Notes: generated by a model not told the origin, from the sequence alone. DNA of 64,000 nt from Kofleriaceae bacterium (GCA_965215005.1 CBDCCZ010000014.1:1-64000), one strand, 5' to 3'; counted from the stretch's first letter, positions 11,573 to 20,967 are shown. A program made the numbers and translations.

Positions 11573-13324
11573 ATGAAAACGCGCCACTGGTGGATTCTCG
11601 GTCTGGTGCTCGTCGTCGGGGTGGGCGCGTTCTTCGCGTGGCGCCACCGCCAGGCCATCGAGCTCGTGCTCATGGAGAGACGAGCGCGAGCTGCGCGACG
11701 AGGGCCACGGTGGCCCGGTGGCCACCACGCGGCCCACGATCTTCGTCCTGGCCATCGACGGTATGGGACGCGACGTCGTGTACGAGCTCCTGGAGGAGGG
11801 GAGGCTGCCGGGCCTCGCGAAGCTCCTCGGTGGACGCGATGAGGGGGGCCGCATGCCTCACGCGTATCTGGCCCAGAACGTCCTGTCGGTGTTCCCGTCG
11901 ACGACGCTCCCCGTGTGGGGTTCGGTGTTTACGGGCGAGCCACCCCGCCCGTCCACGGCGTGGCGGGCAACGAGTACTTCATTCGCGAGGAGAATCGCTT
12001 CGCCGCGCCGGCGCCGGTGAGCTTTCACGGCCTGGAGCCCACGGCGTCGATATACACCGATGGCTACGCGAACGAGCTCCTGGCCGTTCCCACGGTGTAC
12101 GAGCAGCTGCGCGCCGCCGAGCCGGGGATCCACATCTGGGTCGCCATGAGCCAGTTCTACGCGGGAGCCGACAAGCTGCTCCTTGCCGCCGAGGCCGTCT
12201 ACGTCGACGCGTTCGAACAGTTCGTCGGCGCCGTCGCGCGTCAGGACGATCCAGTCTACGAGGTCTACAAGGCGCTGGACGAGGAGGTCCTCGAGGGCGT
12301 CCTCGACGAGGGCGAGGACCAGCACCGCCAGATGCCTCACGTGCTCACGGTGTACCTGCCGGGGCTGGATCTCTTCACACATCAGGACGAGGAGGTGTCC
12401 TCGGACGAGGCGCGGATTCGCTTCTTGACGGAGGTGCTCGACCCGAAGTTCATGGCGATCCACGAGTACGGGACGCGCATCGGCGCCCTGACCGACCGCT
12501 GGGTCATCGTGACGGCGGACCATGGGCATACCGACGTGATCCCGGAGAACCGGTTGCTCTTGGCCGAGGAAAAGGGCGACGCCCGCGCCGTCCTCGAACG
12601 CGCGGGCTTCCGTGTGCGGCCGTTCGTCTGGGACATCGAGACGCGGTCGCACCAGGCGGTGCTGGCCTACGGCGGCGCCACGGCGTACGTGTACCTGGCC
12701 GATCGCACGACGTGCGTGGCCGAGGACGCCGAATGCGACTGGAACGCGCCGCCCCGGTACGAACAGGACGTCCTCGCGGCGGCCGAGGCGTTTCACGAGG
12801 CCAATGAGACCGGACGGGGAGGCGCCGCGATGAAGGGCACTCTCGACATGATCCTCACGCGGAAGCCTCGCCCCTTCGCCGAGGATGACCTGCCCTTCGA
12901 GGTCTACGTCGGCGGCGGCCGCACCCAGCCGCTGGCCCGGTGGCTCGAGGCCAACCCACGGCCCGAGTACGTTCGCTTCCCCGAGCGCATGCGCCTGCTG
13001 GCCGAGGGGCCGCGCGGAGAGCGGGCCGGCGACCTTCTGCTGCTGACGAGATTTGGCAACGAAGAGCGCCCCGAGGACCGTTACTACTTCGCGGGCGAGT
13101 ACCGCTCGTGGCACGGCAGTCCGTCGAAGCGCGACTCCGAGGTGGCGCTCATGGTGGCGCACCCAGGCAAGTCCTCCGAGGAGATCCGCCTCCGGGTCCA
13201 GGCGGTGCTGGGCGAGCACCCGACGCTGGTAGACGTGGGCAAGCTCATCGTCGAGTTGCGAGGCGGCGCGCCCCCACAGGGAGTGGACGGCGGTGCCCAG
13301 CGTCCGGTCGACGACGAGGACTGA
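11573..13324 (+). CDS. Membrane-anchored alkaline phosphatase-superfamily (nucleotide pyrophosphatase/phosphodiesterase) protein with two frameshifts (~11680, ~11945)
   Basis: N-terminal TM, VLAIDG, FPSTT nucleophile motif, DLFTH, TADHG and WHG spread over three frames. Confidence 0.8.
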
Positions 13325-13370
13325 GCGGTCGGGCACCTCTTCCCAGCCCTCGCCGGTGAGCTCGTCGGGC
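13270..13370 (-). pseudogene. Probable 3' fragment of a class II glutamine amidotransferase gene
   Basis: DELTGEGWEEVPDRSVLVVD resembles the GATase II C-terminus (SE.L....W.EVP...L.V); rest of the gene absent. Confidence 0.45.
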
Positions 13371-13500
13371 TCAAGCACGATAACCACCAGGCGCAGATGC
13401 GCCGTTGAGATCTTGCTGGGCGTGTCGCGGCCGCTCACGAGGTCGCTGATGGGCGCTCACCAGACCCAGCGAACGACGCACCCACAGCGGCTTGCCGTTC

Positions 13501-13650
13501 GGTTTGGCGCCAACACTCGGCACGACAGCGCGCGAAATGGAGGGGCCGGTGAAGGCACTCAAGCGGGCATCTCGAGTGCGTAGCGTCGGGCAGCGGCACC
13601 AGACGCGCTTCTTTCCCACCGTGGCGCGGGCGGCGGCGAGCGTGAGCTGA
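13501..13650 (+). pseudogene. 3' half of the IS66-associated winged-helix-like passenger gene (copy 1)
   Basis: GLAPTLGTTAREMEGPVKALKRASRVRSVGQRHQTRFFPTVARAAASVS*; HTH plus wing pattern; its stop abuts the transposase stop. Confidence 0.7.
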
Positions 13651-14728
13651 TCAGGCCGCTACGCTGGTGCCGATGAGACGCGGCGGCGGCGCGCCGTTGA
13701 CGTGGGCAGTGACACTACGGATCACGAAGTCCAGGACGTCTTTGCCCTGTTTGCGGGCGGTGCGGACGGCGGTCATTACGCGCTCAGCGAAGCGCTCGCC
13801 TCGCTCGGATTGGCTGCCGAAGCTGCGCTTGCGCCACAGCACGAAATCGCGCAGCTCGAGCTCGCCATGGTTATTGGTCGGCTCGACGCCATCCTCGGTG
13901 ACGAAGGTCCACAGCGCGTCTCGGTGCGCCAGGATATCGGCGCACGAACCCGAAAGCCGATCGATGCCGGCGTGTTTGCCGCGCTCGAGCTACCGCTCGA
14001 TCTTGATGTAGGCGCATTGGACCTCGTGCAATGCCTCTTTGTGAGCGGACTCGAGCGCCTCGCTGGCGCGTCGTTCCATTGCGCTGATCGCGCCGAGCGA
14101 GATCGTGATCCCGAACAGCTCCAGCAGCAATCGCCGCGTTTTGCGTCGACTCAAGTGATACGCGCCGGTGAGCATTGCGACCACCGCGGTGAGACAAGGA
14201 CCGAACGCCGAGCTCGGAATCTGCGCGTCGTCGTAGATCGCGCGCGTTGCTGTGCCGCAGCGCGCGCACTCGACTTCGTGCCGGCGCCACTCCGTCACGT
14301 GGGGGCGGTGGTCGCGCAAATCGAGCTGCTGGTAGCAGCGCGCGTCGATGTCTGGCGTCGGCGCGAGCTTGCACGCGCAACCTAGGCACACCTGGGGGGA
14401 ACAGGTCGACGAACGTGTCGACTCGCTCGGGCGGCAGCATCTCGCGATGCTTGCCGCGGCGCCCCTTCTGACCGCCGCGCTTGCGCCCCGGCTTCGACCG
14501 CCGGCCGCTCACCGCGCCGCCCGCGCCCGGCCCATCGCTCGACGGCGGCAGGTGTGAGTTCTTCGAGTTGCGGCCGACAAGCGCGGTGAGCTTCGCGACC
14601 TGCTCGGCCAGCGCGATCTGGGCGTCGCGCTCAGCCAGATGAGTGTCGCGCTCAACCAGCCCCGTCTCGAGCGACAATATCCGTGTCTCGAGATCCCGCT
14701 GGTGATCAAGTCCGTCGCCAACCATCAC
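13651..14728 (-). pseudogene. IS66-family single-ORF transposase pseudogene
   Basis: Coiled coil, NSKNSHLPPSSD, GGQKG, CxxC..CxxC zinc finger, GVEPTNN.GE.ELR, RKRSFGSQSERG; frameshift near 14395; deletion of the catalytic core plus a stop near 14000. Confidence 0.92.
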
Positions 14729-14803
14729 CTCGACGTTAGATCATGATCGGATCCGCCCGTCGATCCCCTCCGCAACGGAAAAAGCAGGGGAGTGAACGGA
14801 TAC

Positions 14804-15074
14804 CTCAGTAAGAGCCAATAACTCGGTCTGCGACCGCCGCCCGCGACTCGCTGTCCGCCTCACCCGCGACACCTCGCTGCGGGTGCGTCCCCGCGACGCC
14901 TCCGGCATCGGCGAAAACGCCCGCTCGACCGCCGCCGCCACCGCGCGCCGCGTCGCCTCCAAATGCTCGCGCACCAACTGCTCAATCTGCTCGGCCAGCG
15001 CTAGATTTGATTGATTCATGCCTACGAATTCGCACCGGCAGTCCGCTGATTCAACACCGGCCTTGAACGGTTAG
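14804..15074 (-). mobile_element. End fragment of a second IS66 copy: terminal repeat plus truncated passenger gene (15019-14804)
   Basis: CTAACCGTTCAA (minus strand, from 15074) resembles GTATCCGTTCAC; ORF MNQSNLALAEQIEQ...LLALTE is cut exactly at the copy-1 terminus. Confidence 0.75.
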
Positions 15075-15136
15075 GACGCAGAAGCTGACCGGCTTCGACC
15101 ACTTGAGCGGCGCGCGCTTCGTCTCCGGCAGACTCA

Positions 15137-16267
15137 TCACGCCACCTCCCGACGCGCACGCACCGAGCAAAGGCGGGGGCTGACCGACTTCTCCGCAATC
15201 GAATCCAGCTCCAGCCGCAAGAGCTTGAATCGAGACCGAGACAGGCTTGGCTTCAGCTTGCCGATAAGCCGATCCAGCTGCGCCTTATCGACGGTGGACA
15301 CTTGCTCGCGCACCTCGTCCGCGGCCAAGCCCGAGGCATCACTCAGCGCCTTCACCGTCCGATCCAGCGGGAACGTCTTGCGCGCGGTGTTGACGATCCG
15401 ATACCGCCGACCGGCCAGCTCAAGCGACTCGACCGAATCGAGCTTCGCGCGCAGGATGCCACCAAGCTCGCGCTGGCGACTGCCGTAGATCTTGGCCAGC
15501 CCCGCTACCGTCTCTCGCTCAGCCGCCACCCACTCGAGGTCCTCCGGATCGGACGCAACGACCGCCAGGTTCCCGGCAAGCGCCGTCTGCTAAGCGGCGC
15601 ATCTTTGCCGATGCTCACAATACTGGCAGCTCGACTGAAGCCGCGGCTCGGAGACTTGGTTGGCTTCCATCTGGCCGGCGAGCACACGCACGTATTCGGA
15701 GACGGCGGCAAGCTCATCGTCCGTGCTGGCGGTGGTGAACCCACGGAAACAGCTGCCGGACGGCGACTGCGCAGACCGAGAGCTGCAGGTTCTCGACGGC
15801 TTCCTGCCGCGTGCTGATCAGCCGGTTCGTCTTGTAGTCAACCACCTCCACCGTCTCGTGGTCGATCCGGTTGATGCGGTCGATGACGCCGCGGACCGCG
15901 ACGCCACCGATAGCAGCTTTGAACGACTGCTCGACCCCGACAACACCGCGGTAGTCCACATCCCCCTCGCCGGCGACAAATGCGCGCAGCATGCGCACCC
16001 CGTCGGTGAACAAACCAGCACCGAGCGCTCATGCTCCGTCCAAGCATCGCGCCACAGCTCGACAGCTCGTTCCGCCGACAGCCGTCCCAGCCGCTCCTCG
16101 GCCACCTGCTCGCGCAGGAGCCCCTCGCAGACCTGGTGCTGCGCCTTCCCGAAACGCAGCTCGACACCCGGCTCGGCCTCGGCATCATCGAGGTACCGGA
16201 GCTTGCAGCGCCGCGGGCAATCTTCGTAGGTGTTGAACTTCGTGAAACTGTACGTCGTCTCGTGCAT
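15137..16267 (-). pseudogene. Cas4/RecB-like PD-(D/E)XK nuclease pseudogene, probably phage/MGE-derived
   Basis: SFTKFNTYEDCPR, FGKAQH, E..GVIDRI..VVDYKT, LQL, CQYC..C; frameshifts near 16025 and 15740; in-frame TAG at 15590-15592. Confidence 0.85.
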
Positions 16268-16509
16268 CGATTTAATCCAGGGAAAAGGCGCACGCGCAGC
16301 GCTCCGTGCTGGCGTGCAGCGTGCAGCGTGCGGCGTCTTGGCCCCGCGACGTGCCGGGCTCTGCTAGACCAATCGTTTTGAGCGACCCTTTTTTCGAGAG
16401 CGATTTTCAGCCGACGTCGCTTTTTTCGAGTCCGGCGCCACGTCAGGCCGCGCCGGTGGCCAGTCAGGCGATTATCAGAGACCGATGTTATTCGTTAGGA
16501 GCCGCAAAC

Positions 16510-17838
16510 ATGTCCTTCTCAGAGATAACAGCGATCGACGGACCGATCTCGGCCATCCCATCGTTGGCGGAGATGCAAGGGATGCTTCGGCTGGCGCGCT
16601 GGATGCGGGTTGGACTGCGCATTGTCAAGCCTCTAAAGCTATTTGGCGTGGACCTCAGTGAATATGAGGACGCGGCCGACAAGCTGCTCGCATTCGAGCC
16701 TGAGATTTCGCGTCTCATCGAAAGAGCAGACCGCTTCAACGCCGCGCTCTCTCGCCGCGGTTGGATTGCGTCTGGGTCGCTGAACGCCGAAATCATGGCT
16801 CGGGCGATCGAACACGCCGAGGCTGGTGATGTCGCTGCAGCGGAGAGCTTGCTTGTCTCGTACTACGACCGCGCAACCTTAGATTTCCTGGTCGTGCGAG
16901 CCTCAACGTTAAGGGCAATGAAGCATCGCACGCGGCTGATCAAACTCGCCTGCGAAGACCACGTGGCTGGTCGTTATCACGCGTCCGTCCCTGTCGTTCT
17001 CTCTCAGCTGGATGGCCTGGTCGCCGACCTCAGCTCGACCCGAGATGGCTTATTCGCAGAGGGAGTGGATGTACTGGCATGGGACTCCGTAGAAGGACAT
17101 CCCACCGGACTTCCTCGGCTGGGGGCGCTCATGAGAACGCGACGCATGAGGACGCGGGCCGAACCTATCGAGGTTCCTTTTCGCCACGGCATCCTGCACG
17201 GGCGAGACTGCGGATATGATAACGAACTCGTGTCAGCGAAGTCATTCGCTGCTTTTTTCGCAGCGATCGAATGGGCCCGAAAGATCGAGCGCGGAGAGCG
17301 GCTACCAGTAAACAAATCCCAACCAACTCTTCGTGAGCTGGCTGAGTTAAGTCGTCAACTTCGAGAAAACCGGCGCTCGCTCGAAGATTGGAAGCCACGC
17401 ACACTCACACTGAGCCAGAATGTTCCCGTCGCTGGTGCGCCCGAGGACTACTTTGACGGTAGCCCCGAACAAGCGCTGGCGAGGTTCCTGCATGGTTGGA
17501 TAAAGCGGAACTACGGAGCGATGGGAGCACTTGTCCCGCCCGGTAGCGGACAGCTGCCAGTGAGCACACGAGCCGGTGCCGTGCGGAGAGTTTATGGTGC
17601 GTTCCATCTTCAGAGCTTTGCTCTCGTAAGCGTTATCGATGCAACCCCCTGCTACTGTGACATTCAAGTCCACTGCAAATTCGTTGACAGGCCCGAGACC
17701 ACACTGGCATTTCGCGTGGGTTACCTCGATGCGAATGGTGAGGTCCAGGTACGCAACCGGAGTTCCGGAAGCTGGTGGATCTGCAACTGGCCCGGGGCTG
17801 TGGGCCGCCTCGGCAGCGCCTACACCGCCGAAGGCTGA
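16510..17838 (+). CDS. Hypothetical protein with HEPN-like RxxxxH motif and C-terminal NTF2-like region
   Basis: AGGAG RBS before ATG 16510; intact 442-aa frame; PFRHGILHG; visibly AT-richer codons than the backbone. Confidence 0.75.
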   Translation: MSFSEITAIDGPISAIPSLAEMQGMLRLARWMRVGLRIVKPLKLFGVDLSEYEDAADKLLAFEPEISRLIERADRFNAALSRRGWIASGSLNAEIMARAIEHAEAGDVAAAESLLVSYYDRATLDFLVVRASTLRAMKHRTRLIKLACEDHVAGRYHASVPVVLSQLDGLVADLSSTRDGLFAEGVDVLAWDSVEGHPTGLPRLGALMRTRRMRTRAEPIEVPFRHGILHGRDCGYDNELVSAKSFAAFFAAIEWARKIERGERLPVNKSQPTLRELAELSRQLRENRRSLEDWKPRTLTLSQNVPVAGAPEDYFDGSPEQALARFLHGWIKRNYGAMGALVPPGSGQLPVSTRAGAVRRVYGAFHLQSFALVSVIDATPCYCDIQVHCKFVDRPETTLAFRVGYLDANGEVQVRNRSSGSWWICNWPGAVGRLGSAYTAEG

Positions 17839-18271
17839 TGGTAAGCGACGCCTCGCTACTCGATCGGCGAGTCGTTCCTTCACCTCTTCGGGCAATGACA
17901 GGACCACCAATCTCACACCCCCACATCCAGCGCACCTCCGAGCCCCTGCCGCCATCCACCGGAGCCCATCGACATCCGCACGTCGCATCGTGCCAGAGCC
18001 CTCCAGCGGCAAGTACAAGCGCTTGATGAGCGTCTGGCCAGAGACACTACAAGTCAAGCATATGCGGCAGGTCTTTGCACGCATGAAGCCCCTACTGCTG
18101 CCTCGATTGCACACGAGGCAGCGGGCCACCGAATCGGAACAGCGACCGGCTTCCGCTGGAGGATTGGCCAAACGGGATGCGCGGAGTGTGCTTTGGGCCT
18201 CAGCCTCGCCTGCAATCGCCCGAGCCGAGAAACTTCCGGACTACAATATGGGAGGCCCGCTATAGCTCCCG

Positions 18272-19456
18272 CTACAGCTCGTAGAGGAGAAACGTCGCTC
18301 GCAGCGGTCCGTTGGGCAGCGGTTTACTGATTCGCGGCCGGCCGCGGAACACGCGGGTGAAGGTCGTGCTGCCAGCCAGAAATCCAGCCCGCCAGCCGCG
18401 GAACTGTCGGCACCAGCCGGAGAGCTCGCGATAGAGAGCTTGGGTATCGTGCTCGACGAGGCGTTCGCCGTACGGCGGGTTGGTCAACAGCAGGCCGGGC
18501 TCGTCTTTGGTGGCGCGACACAGCTGCCGAACGTCGTCGACGGAGAGATCGAATACCGAGCCGTCATGAAACCGCACGTCGTTTGCCGCGCCGGCGAGTC
18601 GAGCATTGCCTCGCGCGGCCGCGAGCACGTGCGGGTCGATATCGCAGCCGGCGATTCGCGGCGCGGTATCCGCGAACAGCGGTGTCGGTGCCGGCGAGGT
18701 CGCCGGAAATGCCGGCAAACGGCCGCGCAGGTGATCGAGCGCCGGCCTACGCCCGCCTGCCCACAGTGGCGCGCCACGCGCCAAGAGCGCCGCTTCTATG
18801 GCAATCGTGCCGGCGCCGCACATGGGATCGAAGAGCGGCTCGGAGCGGGCATCGTAGCGCGCCAGTAACACCAGCGCTGCGGCCAAGTTCTCGCGCAGCG
18901 GCGCCTCGCCCCGGCGACGGCGATAGCCGCGACCCGACATCGTCTGGCCGGCCAAGTCGATCGAAACGGTCAGAGTTTGATCCTGCATGCGCACCACGAG
19001 CCCGATTTCTGGCTCTGCCGGATCGACGATGAGTCGCATACCGCGCCGTGCGGCGGCATCCACCAGCGCATTCTTCACAGTCCCGACGATCTGCCGCGGC
19101 CCCGCCGCGAAACCCTCGACGTTGCGCGCCGTGACCGAGATGCGCGCCCCGTCCCAGGCCCACGCGCGGCCATCGCCAGCGGCCTCGGCGCACAGCTCCT
19201 CATACAGCGGCTCGAGGCGCTCGGCGTCGCTGCTCCACAGATCCCAGAGCACCCGGGTCGCGGTGCGGTGATACTCGACCGCGAGCTCGGCCAGCGCCGG
19301 CTCGAACCGATAGATGACCGTGCCCGAACCCGCCCTGCCCGTCGCCATTGGACGCACCGAGAGCGCCCGCCGCGCCAGGCGCGCCAGCTCGGCGTCCATT
19401 ACTTTGTTGGACTCAGAAGGACCAACGAGTCGCATCGTATCGAGTATCACGGGCAC
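18272..19456 (-). CDS. THUMP-domain SAM-dependent methyltransferase (RlmL/YpsC-like)
   Basis: RGYR..GEAPLRENLAAA, DPMCGAGTIAIEAA, TNPPYGER. Confidence 0.9.
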   Translation of the reverse strand: MPVILDTMRLVGPSESNKVMDAELARLARRALSVRPMATGRAGSGTVIYRFEPALAELAVEYHRTATRVLWDLWSSDAERLEPLYEELCAEAAGDGRAWAWDGARISVTARNVEGFAAGPRQIVGTVKNALVDAAARRGMRLIVDPAEPEIGLVVRMQDQTLTVSIDLAGQTMSGRGYRRRRGEAPLRENLAAALVLLARYDARSEPLFDPMCGAGTIAIEAALLARGAPLWAGGRRPALDHLRGRLPAFPATSPAPTPLFADTAPRIAGCDIDPHVLAAARGNARLAGAANDVRFHDGSVFDLSVDDVRQLCRATKDEPGLLLTNPPYGERLVEHDTQALYRELSGWCRQFRGWRAGFLAGSTTFTRVFRGRPRISKPLPNGPLRATFLLYEL

Positions 19457-19463
19457 CGCTCCA

Positions 19464-20360
19464 TCAGCCGTTGAGGGTTCGCAAGAAGCCGCAATCTATG
19501 AAATAGCGCTTGTGGAGGTACCAGCCGCGGGTGGTTGCGCCGGCACCGCCTTTGGGGCGCGTGTGCAGCCAGCGCCGCACCAAGCGCGCGACGTGACTGC
19601 TCCACTCTTGGTAGTACCAGCTGAGCACCGTCGAGTCCTCGCCGTCTGCCACGCGCGCGATCCACAGCACGCGCTCGAGCTTGGCGCGCGGCGCAGCATG
19701 CTCCATGCTCACCGCCGGATCTTCCTTGACGCGCCACCAGCCCGAGGGATCGCGGACCACCGGCACGGTCTTGAGCTCCACCTCGCCACGCCAGTCGGGC
19801 TCGCTCACGCCATGCTCGACCACGCCTAGCAGCTGCGCAATGCGGCTGCCGTGCGCGCCTTTGTCGGCACCGCGGTCGCCGAGCGAAACCCCGCACAGCG
19901 CGCTCGCCCGCGCGAGAAGCTCCTCGAGGGTATCGGGCTCGTCGGTCGGCGGCGCGGACGGCCGCGGCGGCGGAACCGGCCGAGGAAACTGCCTCGCCGG
20001 TGGCGCGAGCCCATCTCCCGCGGGCAGGTGAACGAGCTTGCCACCAAGGACGATGGGCACCGGCTGAACAGCGGTGCCCAAGTGAATCCCGCTTGGTTCT
20101 TCCAGTCGCGCCCCAAACTGCCAAAGACGCGCCCGCAGCTCGCCGATCTTGCCGCGCGCATCTTGCCGCGTGGCCGCCGCCATTTGCTCGAGCTCGTCGC
20201 GCCGCGCGCGGTTGAGCAGCGCGGGCAGCGACGTGGCGTAGCGTCGCGCCAGGGCAGCTCGCAAGGCGCTGGCGTCGGTCACTGCGGCGTCGCCGCGCCC
20301 CGCCAAACGCAACAGCGCGGGGCGCTCCAGAGAGCGGATCAACGTCGCGGCGGCGTTCAT
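19464..20360 (-). CDS. MutH/Sau3AI-family endonuclease with N-terminal extension
   Basis: DKGAHG..LLG..PD..VELKTVPV catalytic motifs; C-terminal LHTRPKG..RGWYLHKRY parallels MutH LQIRPK..RGFYLKKNF. Confidence 0.8.
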   Translation of the reverse strand: MNAAATLIRSLERPALLRLAGRGDAAVTDASALRAALARRYATSLPALLNRARRDELEQMAAATRQDARGKIGELRARLWQFGARLEEPSGIHLGTAVQPVPIVLGGKLVHLPAGDGLAPPARQFPRPVPPPRPSAPPTDEPDTLEELLARASALCGVSLGDRGADKGAHGSRIAQLLGVVEHGVSEPDWRGEVELKTVPVVRDPSGWWRVKEDPAVSMEHAAPRAKLERVLWIARVADGEDSTVLSWYYQEWSSHVARLVRRWLHTRPKGGAGATTRGWYLHKRYFIDCGFLRTLNG

Positions 20361-20412
20361 GAGCGCCTCGCATATTGAGATCCGCGCTCGCGTGCTGCAA
20401 TCTTAGCGCCCG

Positions 20413-20967
20413 ATGTTTCCTACCAAGCTCGTGCTCGTCTCGCTCGCGATCCTCAGCGCCAGCGGATGCGCCAAAGAAGAACAGCGAGTCGCCGATCCGG
20501 CCAATGTCGCCACGGCGCCCAGCGATGACGACGCGCCGCCCGCGCCCAGTGATGACGACGCGCCGCCCGCGCCCAGCGATGACGACGCGCTGCCGGCCGA
20601 CCAGCCGTCCGAGGCGCCTGTGGCCTCGGCGCCAGCCACGCCCCCTCGCCCCAGCGAAACCGCACCGACGAAACCAGGGGCGCCAGCACGCGCTGCCGAC
20701 GCGCCCCAGAACCTGAAGATCCTGCCCAAGTCGTGGTCGCGCGCCGAGGTGGAAGCCTTCATGAAGCAGAATTTTGCCCGCGGGCTCGGCGTGCAGTGCT
20801 CCTTCTGTCACGACACCAGCGACTTCTCCGCGGACACCAATCATCACAAAGAAATCGCGCGCGACATGATGCGCATGACTCGCAAGCTCAACGCGAGCTA
20901 CTTTGGTGGCGAGCGCGAGATCAGCTGTTTCACGTGCCATCAGGGGCAAAAAGAGCCCGCGCAGTGA
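20413..20967 (+). CDS. Diheme c-type cytochrome lipoprotein (reaction-centre cytochrome c subunit-like domain)
   Basis: Lipobox ASGC, NLKILP, CSFCH and CFTCH, ARDMMRMT. Confidence 0.88.
   Translation: MFPTKLVLVSLAILSASGCAKEEQRVADPANVATAPSDDDAPPAPSDDDAPPAPSDDDALPADQPSEAPVASAPATPPRPSETAPTKPGAPARAADAPQNLKILPKSWSRAEVEAFMKQNFARGLGVQCSFCHDTSDFSADTNHHKEIARDMMRMTRKLNASYFGGEREISCFTCHQGQKEPAQ
20515..20590 (+). repeat. 27-bp coding tandem repeat, about 2.8 copies (APSDDDAPP)
   Basis: GCGCCCAGYGATGACGACGCGCCGCCC units start at 20515, 20542 and 20569. Confidence 0.95.

Larger units (their letters stand above)
11322..14803 (-). mobile_element. Decayed IS66-family element with passenger gene and inserted cargo
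   Basis: Terminal sequence GTATCCGTTCAC (minus strand) ending at 14803; transposase plus convergent passenger gene; other end not found. Confidence 0.75.

Noticed and set aside
11363..11842. 159-aa ORF as a genuine fusion protein
   Set aside because: A chance in-frame join of the broken passenger gene and the frameshifted phosphodiesterase start
15137..16267. CRISPR-Cas locus suggested by the Cas4-like gene
   Set aside because: No repeat-spacer array and no cas1, cas2 or effector genes anywhere in the window
16313..16335. GCGTGCA x3 short repeat
   Set aside because: Too short and GC-rich to assign a function; probably slippage
17839..18271. Gene or ncRNA at the right edge of the island
   Set aside because: No convincing start, motif or stable structure recognised; left uncalled
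6911..18271. Integrative element with att sites
   Set aside because: No integrase or tRNA, and no flanking direct repeat found by eye
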